A stretch of 64,000 nucleotides of DNA, taken from positions 58,442-122,441 of the forward strand of contig JBGPTF010000001.1 in assembly GCA_041490445.1 (NCBI GenBank), given 5' to 3'. This DNA is from Terriglobia bacterium (GTDB lineage: Bacteria > Acidobacteriota > Terriglobia > Acidiferrales > UBA7541). Of this stretch, positions 8,433 through 17,850 are shown one piece after another. How positions within the stretch are numbered: the first letter of the stretch is position 1; the number at the start of each line of letters is the position of its first letter. Position numbers and translations under genes: made by a program. A model generated the notes under the pieces. That model made no database searches, was not told where the DNA came from, and saw only the letters and a program-made list of their open reading frames with translations.

Positions 8433-10552
8433 GAGCCGCTTTCTTCTCCCTGATCTTTGCCCTGCCGCGAGGAGTCCGTACCTTCGCCCTTGCCGGTCTC
8501 CAAATCATCCGAATGAGTCTCCTTCGCTGGGGCTTTACCGGAGAGCGCGTGAAGATAGGCGGACCGGGTGTGCCGGAGGTGATCGGCGGATGCCTTGCCG
8601 GTCAGCCAGGAGCGGTCGAGCGGATAAACATCGGGGTCGAAAATCGTGGAGTAGAAATGCCACAGCAAAATGGCAAGCGTGGCCAGTATGGCTTCGTAGT
8701 AATGCACGGCAGTCGCAGCGTCCGCCACCCATTTCGGAAAGTACCGCAACGTGAAATTATTGAACCAGAGCAAGAGGCCGGACAGCGACATCACCGCCAT
8801 GCCCCAGATGAATGCAAGATATTCGATCTTCTCGCCGTAACTGAATTTTCCGAACTGCGGACGTTCCCGGGTGAGCCCGAGATTGAATCGGAGCACGCCG
8901 CCAAGATCAAGCAAATCTTGCTTGCCGGGAATCATGGCGCGCATGATCGCGCGGTCCCGCCGCGAAACGATCAAATGGATGGCGTGATAGACGAGAGAAG
9001 CGATCAGCACCACGGCCGCGACGCGGTGCAGCGTGCCGCGGAAGGCGAACCGGCTTTCCCACTGCACAAGCGGCCGCGCCCACCACGACTCGGGAAATTT
9101 CAGCGCGAAGCCCGTTGCCACCAGGACCGGAAAGCTGACCACGACGAGCCAGTGCTCGATTCGGAAATGCAGATTCATCCGCGGAACTTCCTGGCCTGTT
9201 TCCACGCGTGGCTCGTGACGCAGCAGCTTCGCGATGAAATCCGCGGCATTGTGGAACACCATGAACAACACCGTCAGCGGGATCAACACCCAGTAGATGA
9301 TCCGGATCCATCTCACGACCGGATGCTCGCTGGCTGACTCCGGGCGGACGTGCACCGGCCCGATGGCGAAAGTCGAGCCTGCGCCCGGGTGGCAGGCGCC
9401 ACAGGTCTTTGCCAGGTTCGCAGAATTCACGGTAGAGCGCGGATCGTTGGAGGGAAAGATATTGTGCACGCCATGGCAGGAAGCGCAATTCGCGACTGTC
9501 TGGGAGCCGGCGCGCATGGCGAGGCCGTGGTAGCTGTCCTCGTAAGCGGGTACTTTGTCGAGCGGCAGGTTGTAACGCTTCGCCAGGCGCTCGTCGGTGT
9601 GGCAGCGGCCACAGGTCACCGTCGAGACACGCGCGGGATTCACGAGCGATTGCGGTTCACCGGGGGCGAGAATGTTGTGTTCACCGTGGCAATCGGTGCA
9701 GACCGGAGCATCGGCAACGCCTTCGCGCATCGCCTGACCGTGGATGCTTGCCAGATACGTGTCGCGGATCTGCGTGTGGCACGCGCCGCAGGTCTGCGGC
9801 ACGTTCCAGTGGTTGATCTTTGATTTTGGATCGCGGGCGGGCAAAATGCCATGAACACCATGGCAATCCGAGCACGAAGCGGCCGCGTTGTTTCCCGCTG
9901 CCACGGCGCGGCCATGCACGCTCAGCCGATAGGCTTCCACAGGCCGGGCAAAGGGGATGACGTGCTGCGAGAGATATTGAGGATTCGCATGGCACGATCC
10001 GCAGGTACTCGCCAGATTGTGCTTGGAGACGGGCGATGCTGGATCCTCCCGCGCCACGATCGCATGTGTCTTTCCGTGACAAGACTGGCAAGTCGCAATC
10101 GCGCCGGAACCGTTGGCATGTTGCCTGCCATGAACACTCGATTGGAATTCCTGCAATACATCGGAGTGGCAGGCGCTGCATTCCTGCCCGGGAGTCGTCC
10201 CGGGCGACTGATTTTCGTGGGGATCGCCGTGACAACTCGTGCACGAATCCTTGCCGAGCACCGCACCGTGAATGCTCTTTGAAACCGCGGCGGCTTCGTC
10301 CACATGGCAAGTGGCGCATTCCACCCCCGTCACGTGCTTCGGGTGCGGATACTCCTTGATGTCGGAGTGGCAATCTCTGCAGGCGAGGATCCCGTGGACA
10401 CTGGCCTTCTGCCGGGCGCCATCCACGTGCAGGCTCCGGCCAGAGTCACTCTTGAATCTTTTTTCTCCGTGGCAGGCAAGGCAATCGGCATTCTGCGGGG
10501 CCGGCGGTACCAGCGCCAGCCCGAGGGTCGCGAATAAGCCAAAAAGGGACAC
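8429..10552 (-). CDS. Multihaem c-type cytochrome (13 CXXCH) fused to a C-terminal membrane di-haem cytochrome b domain (CbcL-like quinol oxidoreductase)
   Basis: GTG start with GGAGA 7 nt upstream. I counted 13 CXXCH motifs in the N-terminal ~400 aa. The C-terminal ~250 aa carry 4-5 hydrophobic helices with conserved His (FdnI/HydC-type cytochrome b). Confidence 0.85.
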   Translation of the reverse strand: MSLFGLFATLGLALVPPAPQNADCLACHGEKRFKSDSGRSLHVDGARQKASVHGILACRDCHSDIKEYPHPKHVTGVECATCHVDEAAAVSKSIHGAVLGKDSCTSCHGDPHENQSPGTTPGQECSACHSDVLQEFQSSVHGRQHANGSGAIATCQSCHGKTHAIVAREDPASPVSKHNLASTCGSCHANPQYLSQHVIPFARPVEAYRLSVHGRAVAAGNNAAASCSDCHGVHGILPARDPKSKINHWNVPQTCGACHTQIRDTYLASIHGQAMREGVADAPVCTDCHGEHNILAPGEPQSLVNPARVSTVTCGRCHTDERLAKRYNLPLDKVPAYEDSYHGLAMRAGSQTVANCASCHGVHNIFPSNDPRSTVNSANLAKTCGACHPGAGSTFAIGPVHVRPESASEHPVVRWIRIIYWVLIPLTVLFMVFHNAADFIAKLLRHEPRVETGQEVPRMNLHFRIEHWLVVVSFPVLVATGFALKFPESWWARPLVQWESRFAFRGTLHRVAAVVLIASLVYHAIHLIVSRRDRAIMRAMIPGKQDLLDLGGVLRFNLGLTRERPQFGKFSYGEKIEYLAFIWGMAVMSLSGLLLWFNNFTLRYFPKWVADAATAVHYYEAILATLAILLWHFYSTIFDPDVYPLDRSWLTGKASADHLRHTRSAYLHALSGKAPAKETHSDDLETGKGEGTDSSRQGKDQGEESGS

Positions 10553-10579
10553 AGCAATATCTCCGACAAATGGGCGCGG

Positions 10580-12028
10580 CTACTTGATTCCCAGGTCCTT
10601 GAGAATCTTCGGGTTCGATTCCTCCATCGCGAGAATGTCGTGACAGGTCGTACAGTCGTTCGGAATTGTCTGGCCGTCGGCGCTCGTATGATTCCCATCG
10701 TGACAGCGGAAACATCCCAGGAAATCCTCGTGGCCAAGGTTGTTCGGATAGGTACCCCAGAAAATCTTCATCTCCGGGAATACGTTGCGCAGATAAATGG
10801 CCTTTACCTGATCCGCCGCTGTTTCGATCTGTGCGCGGTGCTGGGCATATACGCTGGAGTAGTTCGTGCGGTAGAACGCCGTGATCACCTCAGGAATGGC
10901 AGTGGATGCAGTCGCGCGGTCGGGGTAGTCCACGTGCAGGGCCTCGACGGCTTTCTTCTTGATGAAGGGCAAGTCCGGGCTGATCCGCCCCTGCGACATA
11001 GCCAGATCGACAGCGCGCTCGGGCATCTGGAAAGCATGGGTGGGGCGATTGTGGCAATCCATGCAGTCCATCGTGCGGTGTTCCCCCCGCGCCATCTCTT
11101 CGGTGGTAACTTTCACGTCGCTCGAATTGAAGACCACTGTCTTTCCACCGTCGCCCAGATACGTCACCTGCGGAATCACCTGGCGGTGTTCGTCCGTGGC
11201 CACATAGGTGATCGGCATGAGCGTATTGAGGTGCCGGCCGTGAATGCCGATGCCGCCCTGCCAGGTATGGCCGCCGATTTTCAGCACGAGCACGGTGGTG
11301 AGCGGCGAGTTTTTCTCGTCGTCCGAATATTTTGTGCGAACCAAGAACTTGTCACCCTCGAACCGCTGCGGCCAGTGGCATTCCTCGCAAGTCTCGCGGG
11401 CCGGCCGCAGGAACTTCACGGGTGATGGGACCGGGCGATGAAACGTGTGAAAGGTGACGGCGAAGACCTGCCGGACGCCGGAAAGCTTCGAGCGAACGAA
11501 CCAGGGCGCTCCCGAACCGATGTGACAATCCACGCAGGCCACGCGGGCATGCGGTGAATTCTGGTAGGCAGTGTATTCCGGCTCCATCACGGTGTGACAG
11601 GTCATGCCGCAGAATTGGACCGAATCCATGTACTGCACACCGCGGTAGGAAGCCATCCCCAGGATCAAGACGTTTAGAACGGTCGCGAAGGAAACGAGGA
11701 CCAAAGCGCGGCGGAGCAGCGGATCGCGGAGATCAACTTTCGGGTAGATTTCAGGCAATTCGCCGGCAAGGCGCAGTTTTCTCCGGCGCAGCAAAGCTCC
11801 GACGGGGATCACGAGCAGCCCAGCAACGAACACTCCCGGGAGGACCAAGAAGAAAACAATCCCTGCGTAGGGATGCACGGGCCCAGGTTGCAGAAGTTCA
11901 ACGGCCCAGAAAATCAGGAGGGTGGAAGCGGAGCTCGTGGTCAAAACTGCGCCGAGGAGGGAAATCGGATTCCGGCCCAGGTAAACAATGGGGCGGAACC
12001 ACGACGCCACGCGCTCATTCATTGCCAT
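10580..12028 (-). CDS. Membrane-anchored multihaem cytochrome with NapC/NirT-like region (ImcH-like)
   Basis: Three N-terminal hydrophobic helices, then FCGMTCH (CX3CH) plus 5 CXXCH motifs (CVDCH, CEECH, CMDCH, CFRCH, CTTCH). Confidence 0.75.
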   Translation of the reverse strand: MAMNERVASWFRPIVYLGRNPISLLGAVLTTSSASTLLIFWAVELLQPGPVHPYAGIVFFLVLPGVFVAGLLVIPVGALLRRRKLRLAGELPEIYPKVDLRDPLLRRALVLVSFATVLNVLILGMASYRGVQYMDSVQFCGMTCHTVMEPEYTAYQNSPHARVACVDCHIGSGAPWFVRSKLSGVRQVFAVTFHTFHRPVPSPVKFLRPARETCEECHWPQRFEGDKFLVRTKYSDDEKNSPLTTVLVLKIGGHTWQGGIGIHGRHLNTLMPITYVATDEHRQVIPQVTYLGDGGKTVVFNSSDVKVTTEEMARGEHRTMDCMDCHNRPTHAFQMPERAVDLAMSQGRISPDLPFIKKKAVEALHVDYPDRATASTAIPEVITAFYRTNYSSVYAQHRAQIETAADQVKAIYLRNVFPEMKIFWGTYPNNLGHEDFLGCFRCHDGNHTSADGQTIPNDCTTCHDILAMEESNPKILKDLGIK

Positions 12029-12262
12029 TGTTGTCCGATTCCGGCCTGTCCGAGGCCACGCGGTCTAGCGGGGCCGCGAGCGACCTCTCCCTTCCAAACA
12101 TGCAGGATTCCCAATGCAAGCGATCTCGCAGACTACTCCTTCTGCCGCCATCGAGATATACAGACCCTGCCATTCGAACGGCAAGCCCAAACAACGAGCT
12201 AAGCAGGTCACCGGACCTTCGGCGGACCTTGTGAATCGGAGGAGTCTGCGCTTCTCGCCGCC

Positions 12263-12601
12263 CTATTTTTTGGCCAGGCTGCGGACGAACGCGATCAGAT
12301 CATTCATATCCTGCGGGCTGAGATCCTTGGCCGGCTTCATCTTGCCCGTGCCTTCGGAAACGATCTTTTTCAAATCAGCGTCGCTCTTCGCCTGCACTTC
12401 TTTGGAGCCGAGCGCATGCATCTCCACTTTGAACATTTTGGCGATGGCTTCTTTTCCGGCGCCGTCCGGTCCATGACAGCTCGAGCAGCGCTTCATGAAA
12501 ACTGCTTTGCCCGCGGTCGCGTCTGCTTTGTCGGCACCGAAAAGCGGCACGGCGAGAACACCTGCTGCGATCATTGCCAAGAAAATGCGACTCTTTTTCA
12601 T
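12263..12601 (-). CDS. Class I monohaem cytochrome c (periplasmic)
   Basis: 112 aa with a signal peptide MKKSRIFLAMIAAGVLAVPLFG, a CSSCHG motif and a distal Met (GKMKPA). Confidence 0.85.
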   Translation of the reverse strand: MKKSRIFLAMIAAGVLAVPLFGADKADATAGKAVFMKRCSSCHGPDGAGKEAIAKMFKVEMHALGSKEVQAKSDADLKKIVSEGTGKMKPAKDLSPQDMNDLIAFVRSLAKK

Positions 12602-12670
12602 TCCTTCCTCCTATTGGTTCTTCGTGGAACTGAGTTCACCCAAACACTCCCCCAATTGGAATCACCGTTC

Positions 12671-14002
12671 TCAGGCGGATCCTTTCTTCGATTCGATCTC
12701 ACGGATCCAAAGCCACAGTCCGATGAGGACCACGATGATGGCAAACACTGTAATGCCCAAACCCTTCCGGCGATAATCACGCTCGGCGAGGGCCTGCATT
12801 CCGGCTTCGAGAGTCGCATGACTGACTTTCAACCCCTCCTGGACGTCCGCGGCGACTCGCGCGGGGGTGAAGCTGTGAATCGTCACGCGGGCTTTCGTCA
12901 AGGCGTCGCGCGCTTGTGATTCAGCAAGCCTTGCCTGGCTGACTTCCATGCCGGAGCGCTCGGCCTGGCCGAGCACCTCGTCCGACTTTTCCATGGCCGC
13001 CTGCAGGCGCGCGAGACCGGCATGCATGGTTTGCGCGCCCTCAAAACCGGGATCCCCGGACGAATGGCAGCGGCCGCAGAGAGAGTTCTCGTTTGTCGCC
13101 AGCAACGCATCGGTGGGATGGACGATGCGATGATTCTCATGACAAGTCACGCAGCCGGGCAATGACATTGCCGTAAAGGCATCCTTGTGGGGGCTTTGGT
13201 CAAAGAGCTGCGCCTGGAATGCGTGGCAGGTCGAGCACACAAATTCGACCGAGGCGACGCCCGGAGGAGTTGCGCCGTGATTTCCATGACAGGTGGTGCA
13301 TGTCGGCGCACTCAAATCGCCGCGAACGACGAGCGCCTCATGATGAACGCTTGCCTTGTACTTCGCATATTGATCGGTAGGAATCCCGTAGGACTTCATG
13401 TACTGGCTGTCCGCATGACAGCGGGCGCACGTCTCGGCGACGTTCAATGGATGGACGCGCGAACGGGAGTCGGAGGCGGGCCGGATGTTATGCAAGCCAT
13501 GGCAGTCCGTGCACACGGCGACACGCGCATCGCCCTGCGCCAGCCGCCTGCCGTGAACGCTCGTCCGGTACTGGCTGAGCTGGTCGGTGCGAAGCGATGG
13601 ATTGAATTGGCGCATGTATGCCACATCGGAATGGCACTTGGCGCAAACCTCGGGGACTCGATTGTGCTCGATCTTCCCGCGAAAACCGGCGGCACGCCCC
13701 ATCGCCACGTTCGGATCGTCGCTCGTCGGATCTCCGCCATGGCAGGCGGCGCACGTAAGCCCTTTCTGAGAGTGAATGTCCTGGCTGAAATCCTCCTGAG
13801 TCACCCGCAACGGCGGGTCGAGCAGAGAATGGCATTCGATGCAGGTGTTCCTGGTCTGCGCATAGCTGACCGCGGGAAACAGGCAAGAGAGCGCGAGCAG
13901 GAGAAGCAGGGGAGGAAGCCAGGCACGAGAATCTCGGAGAGCGGCGATGTCCTCGATCGTCACCGAGCAGCGTGCATGCGCGTGTTGAAAGTCACTTTGC
14001 AA
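12671..14002 (-). CDS. Nonahaem c-type cytochrome with C-terminal membrane anchor
   Basis: 9 CXXCH motifs counted. C-terminal hydrophobic helix [21 protein letters not shown] start overlaps the cytochrome b stop by 11 nt, so the exact start is uncertain. Confidence 0.8.
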   Translation of the reverse strand: MQSDFQHAHARCSVTIEDIAALRDSRAWLPPLLLLLALSCLFPAVSYAQTRNTCIECHSLLDPPLRVTQEDFSQDIHSQKGLTCAACHGGDPTSDDPNVAMGRAAGFRGKIEHNRVPEVCAKCHSDVAYMRQFNPSLRTDQLSQYRTSVHGRRLAQGDARVAVCTDCHGLHNIRPASDSRSRVHPLNVAETCARCHADSQYMKSYGIPTDQYAKYKASVHHEALVVRGDLSAPTCTTCHGNHGATPPGVASVEFVCSTCHAFQAQLFDQSPHKDAFTAMSLPGCVTCHENHRIVHPTDALLATNENSLCGRCHSSGDPGFEGAQTMHAGLARLQAAMEKSDEVLGQAERSGMEVSQARLAESQARDALTKARVTIHSFTPARVAADVQEGLKVSHATLEAGMQALAERDYRRKGLGITVFAIIVVLIGLWLWIREIESKKGSA

Positions 14003-15077
14003 TGTAGCCCACCACCGTCATCGAAAGGACATAGAACAACATAAAGATGCCGATGCCCGTCACCCATCGGCTAATCCGATGGCTCGGGCCTTTGTCGAAG
14101 AAGGGCAACAATAGCCAAAGCAATCCGGCGACGCCAAATCCGAGCACACCCAATAGCTCACCGTCGAAAAACCAGATCTTTGCGGGAATCCATTTGAGCG
14201 TCTGGAACATGAAGAGGAAGTACCATTCGGGTTTGATCCCCGCGGGCGCCGGGGCAAAGGGATCAGCCTTTGTCCCGAGGCCCCACGGCAACAGAGCGGC
14301 CAGCGCGCCAAGCACACCCAGGGCGATGTACCACGCCATCATTTCGCGCAGCAGGAAATTCGGGAAAAAGTGCAGTTCGCGCCTCTTCTGCGGCTGAGCT
14401 TCCCACTCCGCCTCAATTCTTGGTGGCACGCTGATGCCAAAGCGCTGGACAAGAAGAAGATGAAGCAGGAGGAAGAGAGTCGCCAGGCCGGGAAGTACGG
14501 CGACATGAAATCCGAAGAACCGCGTAAGGGTGGCGCCGGTAACCTGGTCGCCTCCGCGCAGAAACACGAGCAGCCAGTGGCCAATCGCAGGTATCTGACC
14601 CGCGATGTCCGTTCCCACGGTCGTGGCGAAGAATGCCAGTGTGTTCCACGGGAGCAGATAACCGCTGAAGCCGAATCCGAGCGCGAGCAAGAGCAACACC
14701 ATGCCGCTCACCCAGGTCAACTCCCGCGGCTTGCGGTAGGACTTCAGGAACAGCACGCTGAACATGTGCGCGAAGGCCATGCCAATCATCAGATTCGCGC
14801 CCCAGGAATGAATCGAGCGCACCAACCAGCCGAATTTCACCTGCGTCATGATGTAGCTGACGCTCTCAAAGGCGCCGCTGGAAGTTGGCCGGTAATACAA
14901 GAGGAGAAGAATTCCGGTCAGCACCTGGAGGACAAAAAGGAACAACGTCATCCCGCCAAGAAAATACCAATACGAGAAGCGATGAACGGGGACAGTCTTC
15001 TTCTTCAAAACCGCCGTGAGTTCCGCCCAGCCGAACCTTTCGTCGAGCCAGTCGTGGATCCCCCGAAAAACTCCCAT
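13992..15077 (-). CDS. Cytochrome b (fused b6 + subunit IV type) of a Rieske/cytb complex
   Basis: Start at ATG 15075-15077 ([17 protein letters not shown]). Also [31 protein letters not shown] and [10 protein letters not shown]. About 8 TM segments. Confidence 0.9.
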   Translation of the reverse strand: MGVFRGIHDWLDERFGWAELTAVLKKKTVPVHRFSYWYFLGGMTLFLFVLQVLTGILLLLYYRPTSSGAFESVSYIMTQVKFGWLVRSIHSWGANLMIGMAFAHMFSVLFLKSYRKPRELTWVSGMVLLLLALGFGFSGYLLPWNTLAFFATTVGTDIAGQIPAIGHWLLVFLRGGDQVTGATLTRFFGFHVAVLPGLATLFLLLHLLLVQRFGISVPPRIEAEWEAQPQKRRELHFFPNFLLREMMAWYIALGVLGALAALLPWGLGTKADPFAPAPAGIKPEWYFLFMFQTLKWIPAKIWFFDGELLGVLGFGVAGLLWLLLPFFDKGPSHRISRWVTGIGIFMLFYVLSMTVVGYIAK

Positions 15078-15078
15078 C

Positions 15079-15567
15079 TCATGCCCCCCGGCTCTGGCTG
15101 ACGATGATTTCATCGCCGCGGACGTGGACGTCGTACTGCTGGAGCGGCCGGGGCGGCGGCCCGCTGATGTTGCGGCCATTCAGATCGTAGAGGCCGTTGT
15201 GGCACGCGCACCAGACTTCCCGCAGGTCGGTGCGGTACTGTACGGTGCAATTCAAATGCGTGCAGGTGGCAGAAAGCGCGCGATATTCTCCCTCGGCAGT
15301 CAGGACCAGCAGCGCGGGACGACTGCCGAAAGCAAATATTTTCCCACTATTCGGTTTCAACTCTCCGATCTTGCCTGCCACCACCGTGTCACTCCCGAGG
15401 TCGGCAGAGGGGGGAGGAAGCAGGTAGCGGAGCAGGGGATAGAGGAAAGAAGCTGCGGAGGCGATGAGGCCACCGCCAAGAATGAATCCGATCAGACGGC
15501 GCCGTGTCGGCCCCGCGCCTGCCTCCCGTGGAGCGGGACCGTCAGACTTCTCGGTTTGCATCGCCAC
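15079..15567 (-). CDS. Rieske 2Fe-2S subunit (Tat-exported)
   Basis: CTHLNC..x17..CACHNG Rieske motifs. Twin-arginine TRRRLIGF. The stop lies 1 nt from the cytochrome b start. Confidence 0.9.
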   Translation of the reverse strand: MAMQTEKSDGPAPREAGAGPTRRRLIGFILGGGLIASAASFLYPLLRYLLPPPSADLGSDTVVAGKIGELKPNSGKIFAFGSRPALLVLTAEGEYRALSATCTHLNCTVQYRTDLREVWCACHNGLYDLNGRNISGPPPRPLQQYDVHVRGDEIIVSQSRGA

Positions 15568-15781
15568 CTCGCAAGGCCTTCTTCTTCGAACCTTCCGTCA
15601 CACCAACTTTCGCTGCTCGGAGAATGCGAATAATCAAGAATCTACTTTCTCTATCCGTTCGGATTCTGCGCCCAAAAACTTCCGCGCCAAAACAAAAATG
15701 CAAGTCCGTCAGGGAAACGCATACCCCACCACCGGGATGGGGGGCTCTTTCATCCTTTCGCGACCTGCGCGGTGCAGGCTT

Positions 15782-16237
15782 TCAGCGAGGCACCCCTTCC
15801 GACGCCTCGATCCAGCGTGGCTCGATGCGAACGGCAGCCCGGAGAGATTTGCTGATGAGGCAGCCCTTCTCCGCTTTTTCCATCAGCCGTTTCCCGCGCT
15901 CGATGTCTTCCGGCGCCACACCGACCTCCGGTGAAAGAACGATCTCCGTGAACTGGAGGCCTTCTCCGGCAACTTTTTCGAGACGGCCCTTGGCTTCCAG
16001 GCGAAAGGAATGCACGGGAAGTTTCGAGATTTCGGCGATGGCCAAGAACGTAGCCATCAAGCAGCTCGCCGAGGCGGCTACCAGGAGATGCTCCGGGCTC
16101 CACATTCCGCCCGGCCCGGAGAATTCGGGAGGCGGAGCAACACGAAGAGGCGGCAGGTCATCCGCCGTCAGCCGGCCTGTCCGCGCCCCAGTCCAGTTCG
16201 CTTCCAGTGAATAAAAGTATGTGTCGGCCATGGTCAC
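15782..16237 (-). CDS. OsmC/Ohr family peroxiredoxin-like protein
   Basis: 151 aa. SPEHLLVAASASCLMATF and the C-terminal KGCLISKSL match the two-Cys OsmC pattern. Confidence 0.7.
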   Translation of the reverse strand: MTMADTYFYSLEANWTGARTGRLTADDLPPLRVAPPPEFSGPGGMWSPEHLLVAASASCLMATFLAIAEISKLPVHSFRLEAKGRLEKVAGEGLQFTEIVLSPEVGVAPEDIERGKRLMEKAEKGCLISKSLRAAVRIEPRWIEASEGVPR

Positions 16238-16446
16238 GCAGCCTTTCGAGCTTGCCGGCGATTCCGCGTCTTTATGCTTCGGGCCGGGCTCTTCGCAGGG
16301 AAGTCAGGAATGCGCACGGGCCTGCTGCGCGTGCTTGCAATGCGATTCCAGCAGTGGTGGCACTGGTGGCCGGAATCGCAGGCCACCAGAATCAGATCCA
16401 CCGGCCCAAACGGCTGCCCGCAGAATGGACAGATCGTATCCATCAA
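16234..16446 (-). CDS. Small 4-Cys zinc-ribbon protein (hypothetical)
   Basis: 70 aa with CPFC..x18..CHHC. The stop overlaps the OsmC start (ATGA coupling). No family recognised. Confidence 0.35.
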   Translation of the reverse strand: MMDTICPFCGQPFGPVDLILVACDSGHQCHHCWNRIASTRSRPVRIPDFPAKSPARSIKTRNRRQARKAA

Positions 16447-16494
16447 ATCCTCCTCACAAGCGGCGAACGAACAGGGCTGAAGCCCGCCCGGAGA

Positions 16495-16899
16495 TCAGGC
16501 GATGGCAGGAAGGACCATTTCCCGCGGCGAGGCTTCAACTGCTTTAGCCGCAATTCGAGCGAGCTCGTTCCGATCGACCGGAAATGCCAAGCAGTCAAAG
16601 GCGCCGCAGCGCATCGCTTCGAGATAGAGATCCACATCCTCGGCGTCGGCAATCACCACCACCGGCGGCAACGCATGCGACCGGCCGTCCCAAGAAAAAA
16701 TATCCAGGAAGTCAGTGTTGCTCCGATTGAGGCGAAGCAAGAGGACATCGAACCGTCCTGATTGCAGCACCTCCCGGAGTTCATCAAGAGTCTGCACGTG
16801 GCGCAGACGGCAACCGAAACGATCCATCGCCTCTCGGACGCTCAGCAGATTTCCCGCCGGATCAACGCACACCACGAACTTCCCTTCAAGCGGCTTCAT
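16495..16899 (-). CDS. Atypical single-domain receiver protein (phospho-acceptor Asp replaced)
   Basis: Receiver-like beta-alpha pattern (KFVVCVDP.., PPVVVIADAEDVDLYLEAMRCGAFDCLAFP). The position normally DxxxxD-L reads FDVLLLRLNRS, with R in place of the acceptor D. Confidence 0.55.
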   Translation of the reverse strand: MKPLEGKFVVCVDPAGNLLSVREAMDRFGCRLRHVQTLDELREVLQSGRFDVLLLRLNRSNTDFLDIFSWDGRSHALPPVVVIADAEDVDLYLEAMRCGAFDCLAFPVDRNELARIAAKAVEASPREMVLPAIA

Positions 16900-17284
16900 G
16901 CCCCACCTCCAACCCCCGCTCGCCAATCAAGCAATAAATGGAACCGACGACCTCGGCAACATGCAGTGGTTTCTGCAACACCAGGTCAAATCCAGCCTGC
17001 CACGCGCGATCGGCTAATTCGGCCGTCGCTTCCGCAGAAACGAGGACTGCCAGGATGTGCGGATGTTTGTCTCGCATGTCTCGGAGCACGTCGAACCCAT
17101 CCTGTTCACCGGTGAGCTGCCAATCCGTGACCAACACATCGAACGGGAAACACGCTCCGAGCCATCCCGCTTCCTTGGCATCTGCCGCACAAACAACCGA
17201 GAAGCCCGTTTCTTGCAGGGCAGTCCGCATCCACCAGCGGAATACCCGGTTGTCTTCCACCACAAGGACTCTTGGTCGTTCCAT
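16886..17284 (-). CDS. Single-domain response regulator (CheY-like)
   Basis: Start at ATG 17282-17284 (MERPRVLVVEDN). Acceptor context FDVLVTDWQL. Conserved K region LVLQKP. Confidence 0.75.
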   Translation of the reverse strand: MERPRVLVVEDNRVFRWWMRTALQETGFSVVCAADAKEAGWLGACFPFDVLVTDWQLTGEQDGFDVLRDMRDKHPHILAVLVSAEATAELADRAWQAGFDLVLQKPLHVAEVVGSIYCLIGERGLEVGHEAA

Positions 17285-17735
17285 CGCGCACGCTCCTGGA
17301 CTGGCGCTTCGTCTCGACAGTCCGAGCTCCCCTCGTTCTTTCTGCAACCATGCGACCGAAAGGGTTCGGAGAGAGACGATGTCTACAAAGCGAATCGGCT
17401 CTTTGATTTGTGTGCCTCTCCTGCAGTTTCGCGGGCGCGAAGCTGAGGCCAAATGTGGGAAATCCATCGGTTTGCAGACATTACCTGTGTTAAATGGCAC
17501 AAAGAAAAGGGGTGCCGAAATGAGTCCGCAGTTCCCAGTTTCTTCAACGTCTTATTCTGCAAGCTGTTAGCTCATCGCACGTTTTGTGGCCTTTCTTGTG
17601 CAGAGATGCCACGCTGGTATTGGCCCCATCACAGTCGTGCGACGGGGTGCGACGACTGCGCGGAGGGAGTCGTGAACGTTTTCGAGATTCACTTGCCACT
17701 CTTGAGGCACCAAACGACTCCACTCAGACACCATA

Positions 17736-17763
17736 TTGACTTGCTAATGAACAGAGTTAGAAT
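17736..17763 (+). promoter_or_regulatory. Sigma-70-type promoter candidate for the decahaem/porin operon
   Basis: TTGACT-16 nt-TAGAAT, located 88 nt upstream of ATG 17851. Confidence 0.45.
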
Positions 17764-17850
17764 GAGTGTATCTTGGGGAGTTGCACCCCCTTCGCACCTC
17801 CCGATAGTCAAGAGTCTCAACCCCATCGCCGATCGCTCGAGGAGCTTCCA

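Noticed and set aside
10611-10625. GGGTTCGATTCC, a tRNA T-loop-like string
   Set aside because: The flanking bases cannot form the 5-bp T-stem or an acceptor stem. It lies inside the ImcH-like CDS, coding ..MEESNPKI.. on the minus strand.
17493-17514. TGGCACAAAGAAAAGGGGTGCC as a sigma-54 promoter
   Set aside because: The GG-to-GC spacing is 18 nt rather than 12, so it does not fit the -24/-12 geometry.
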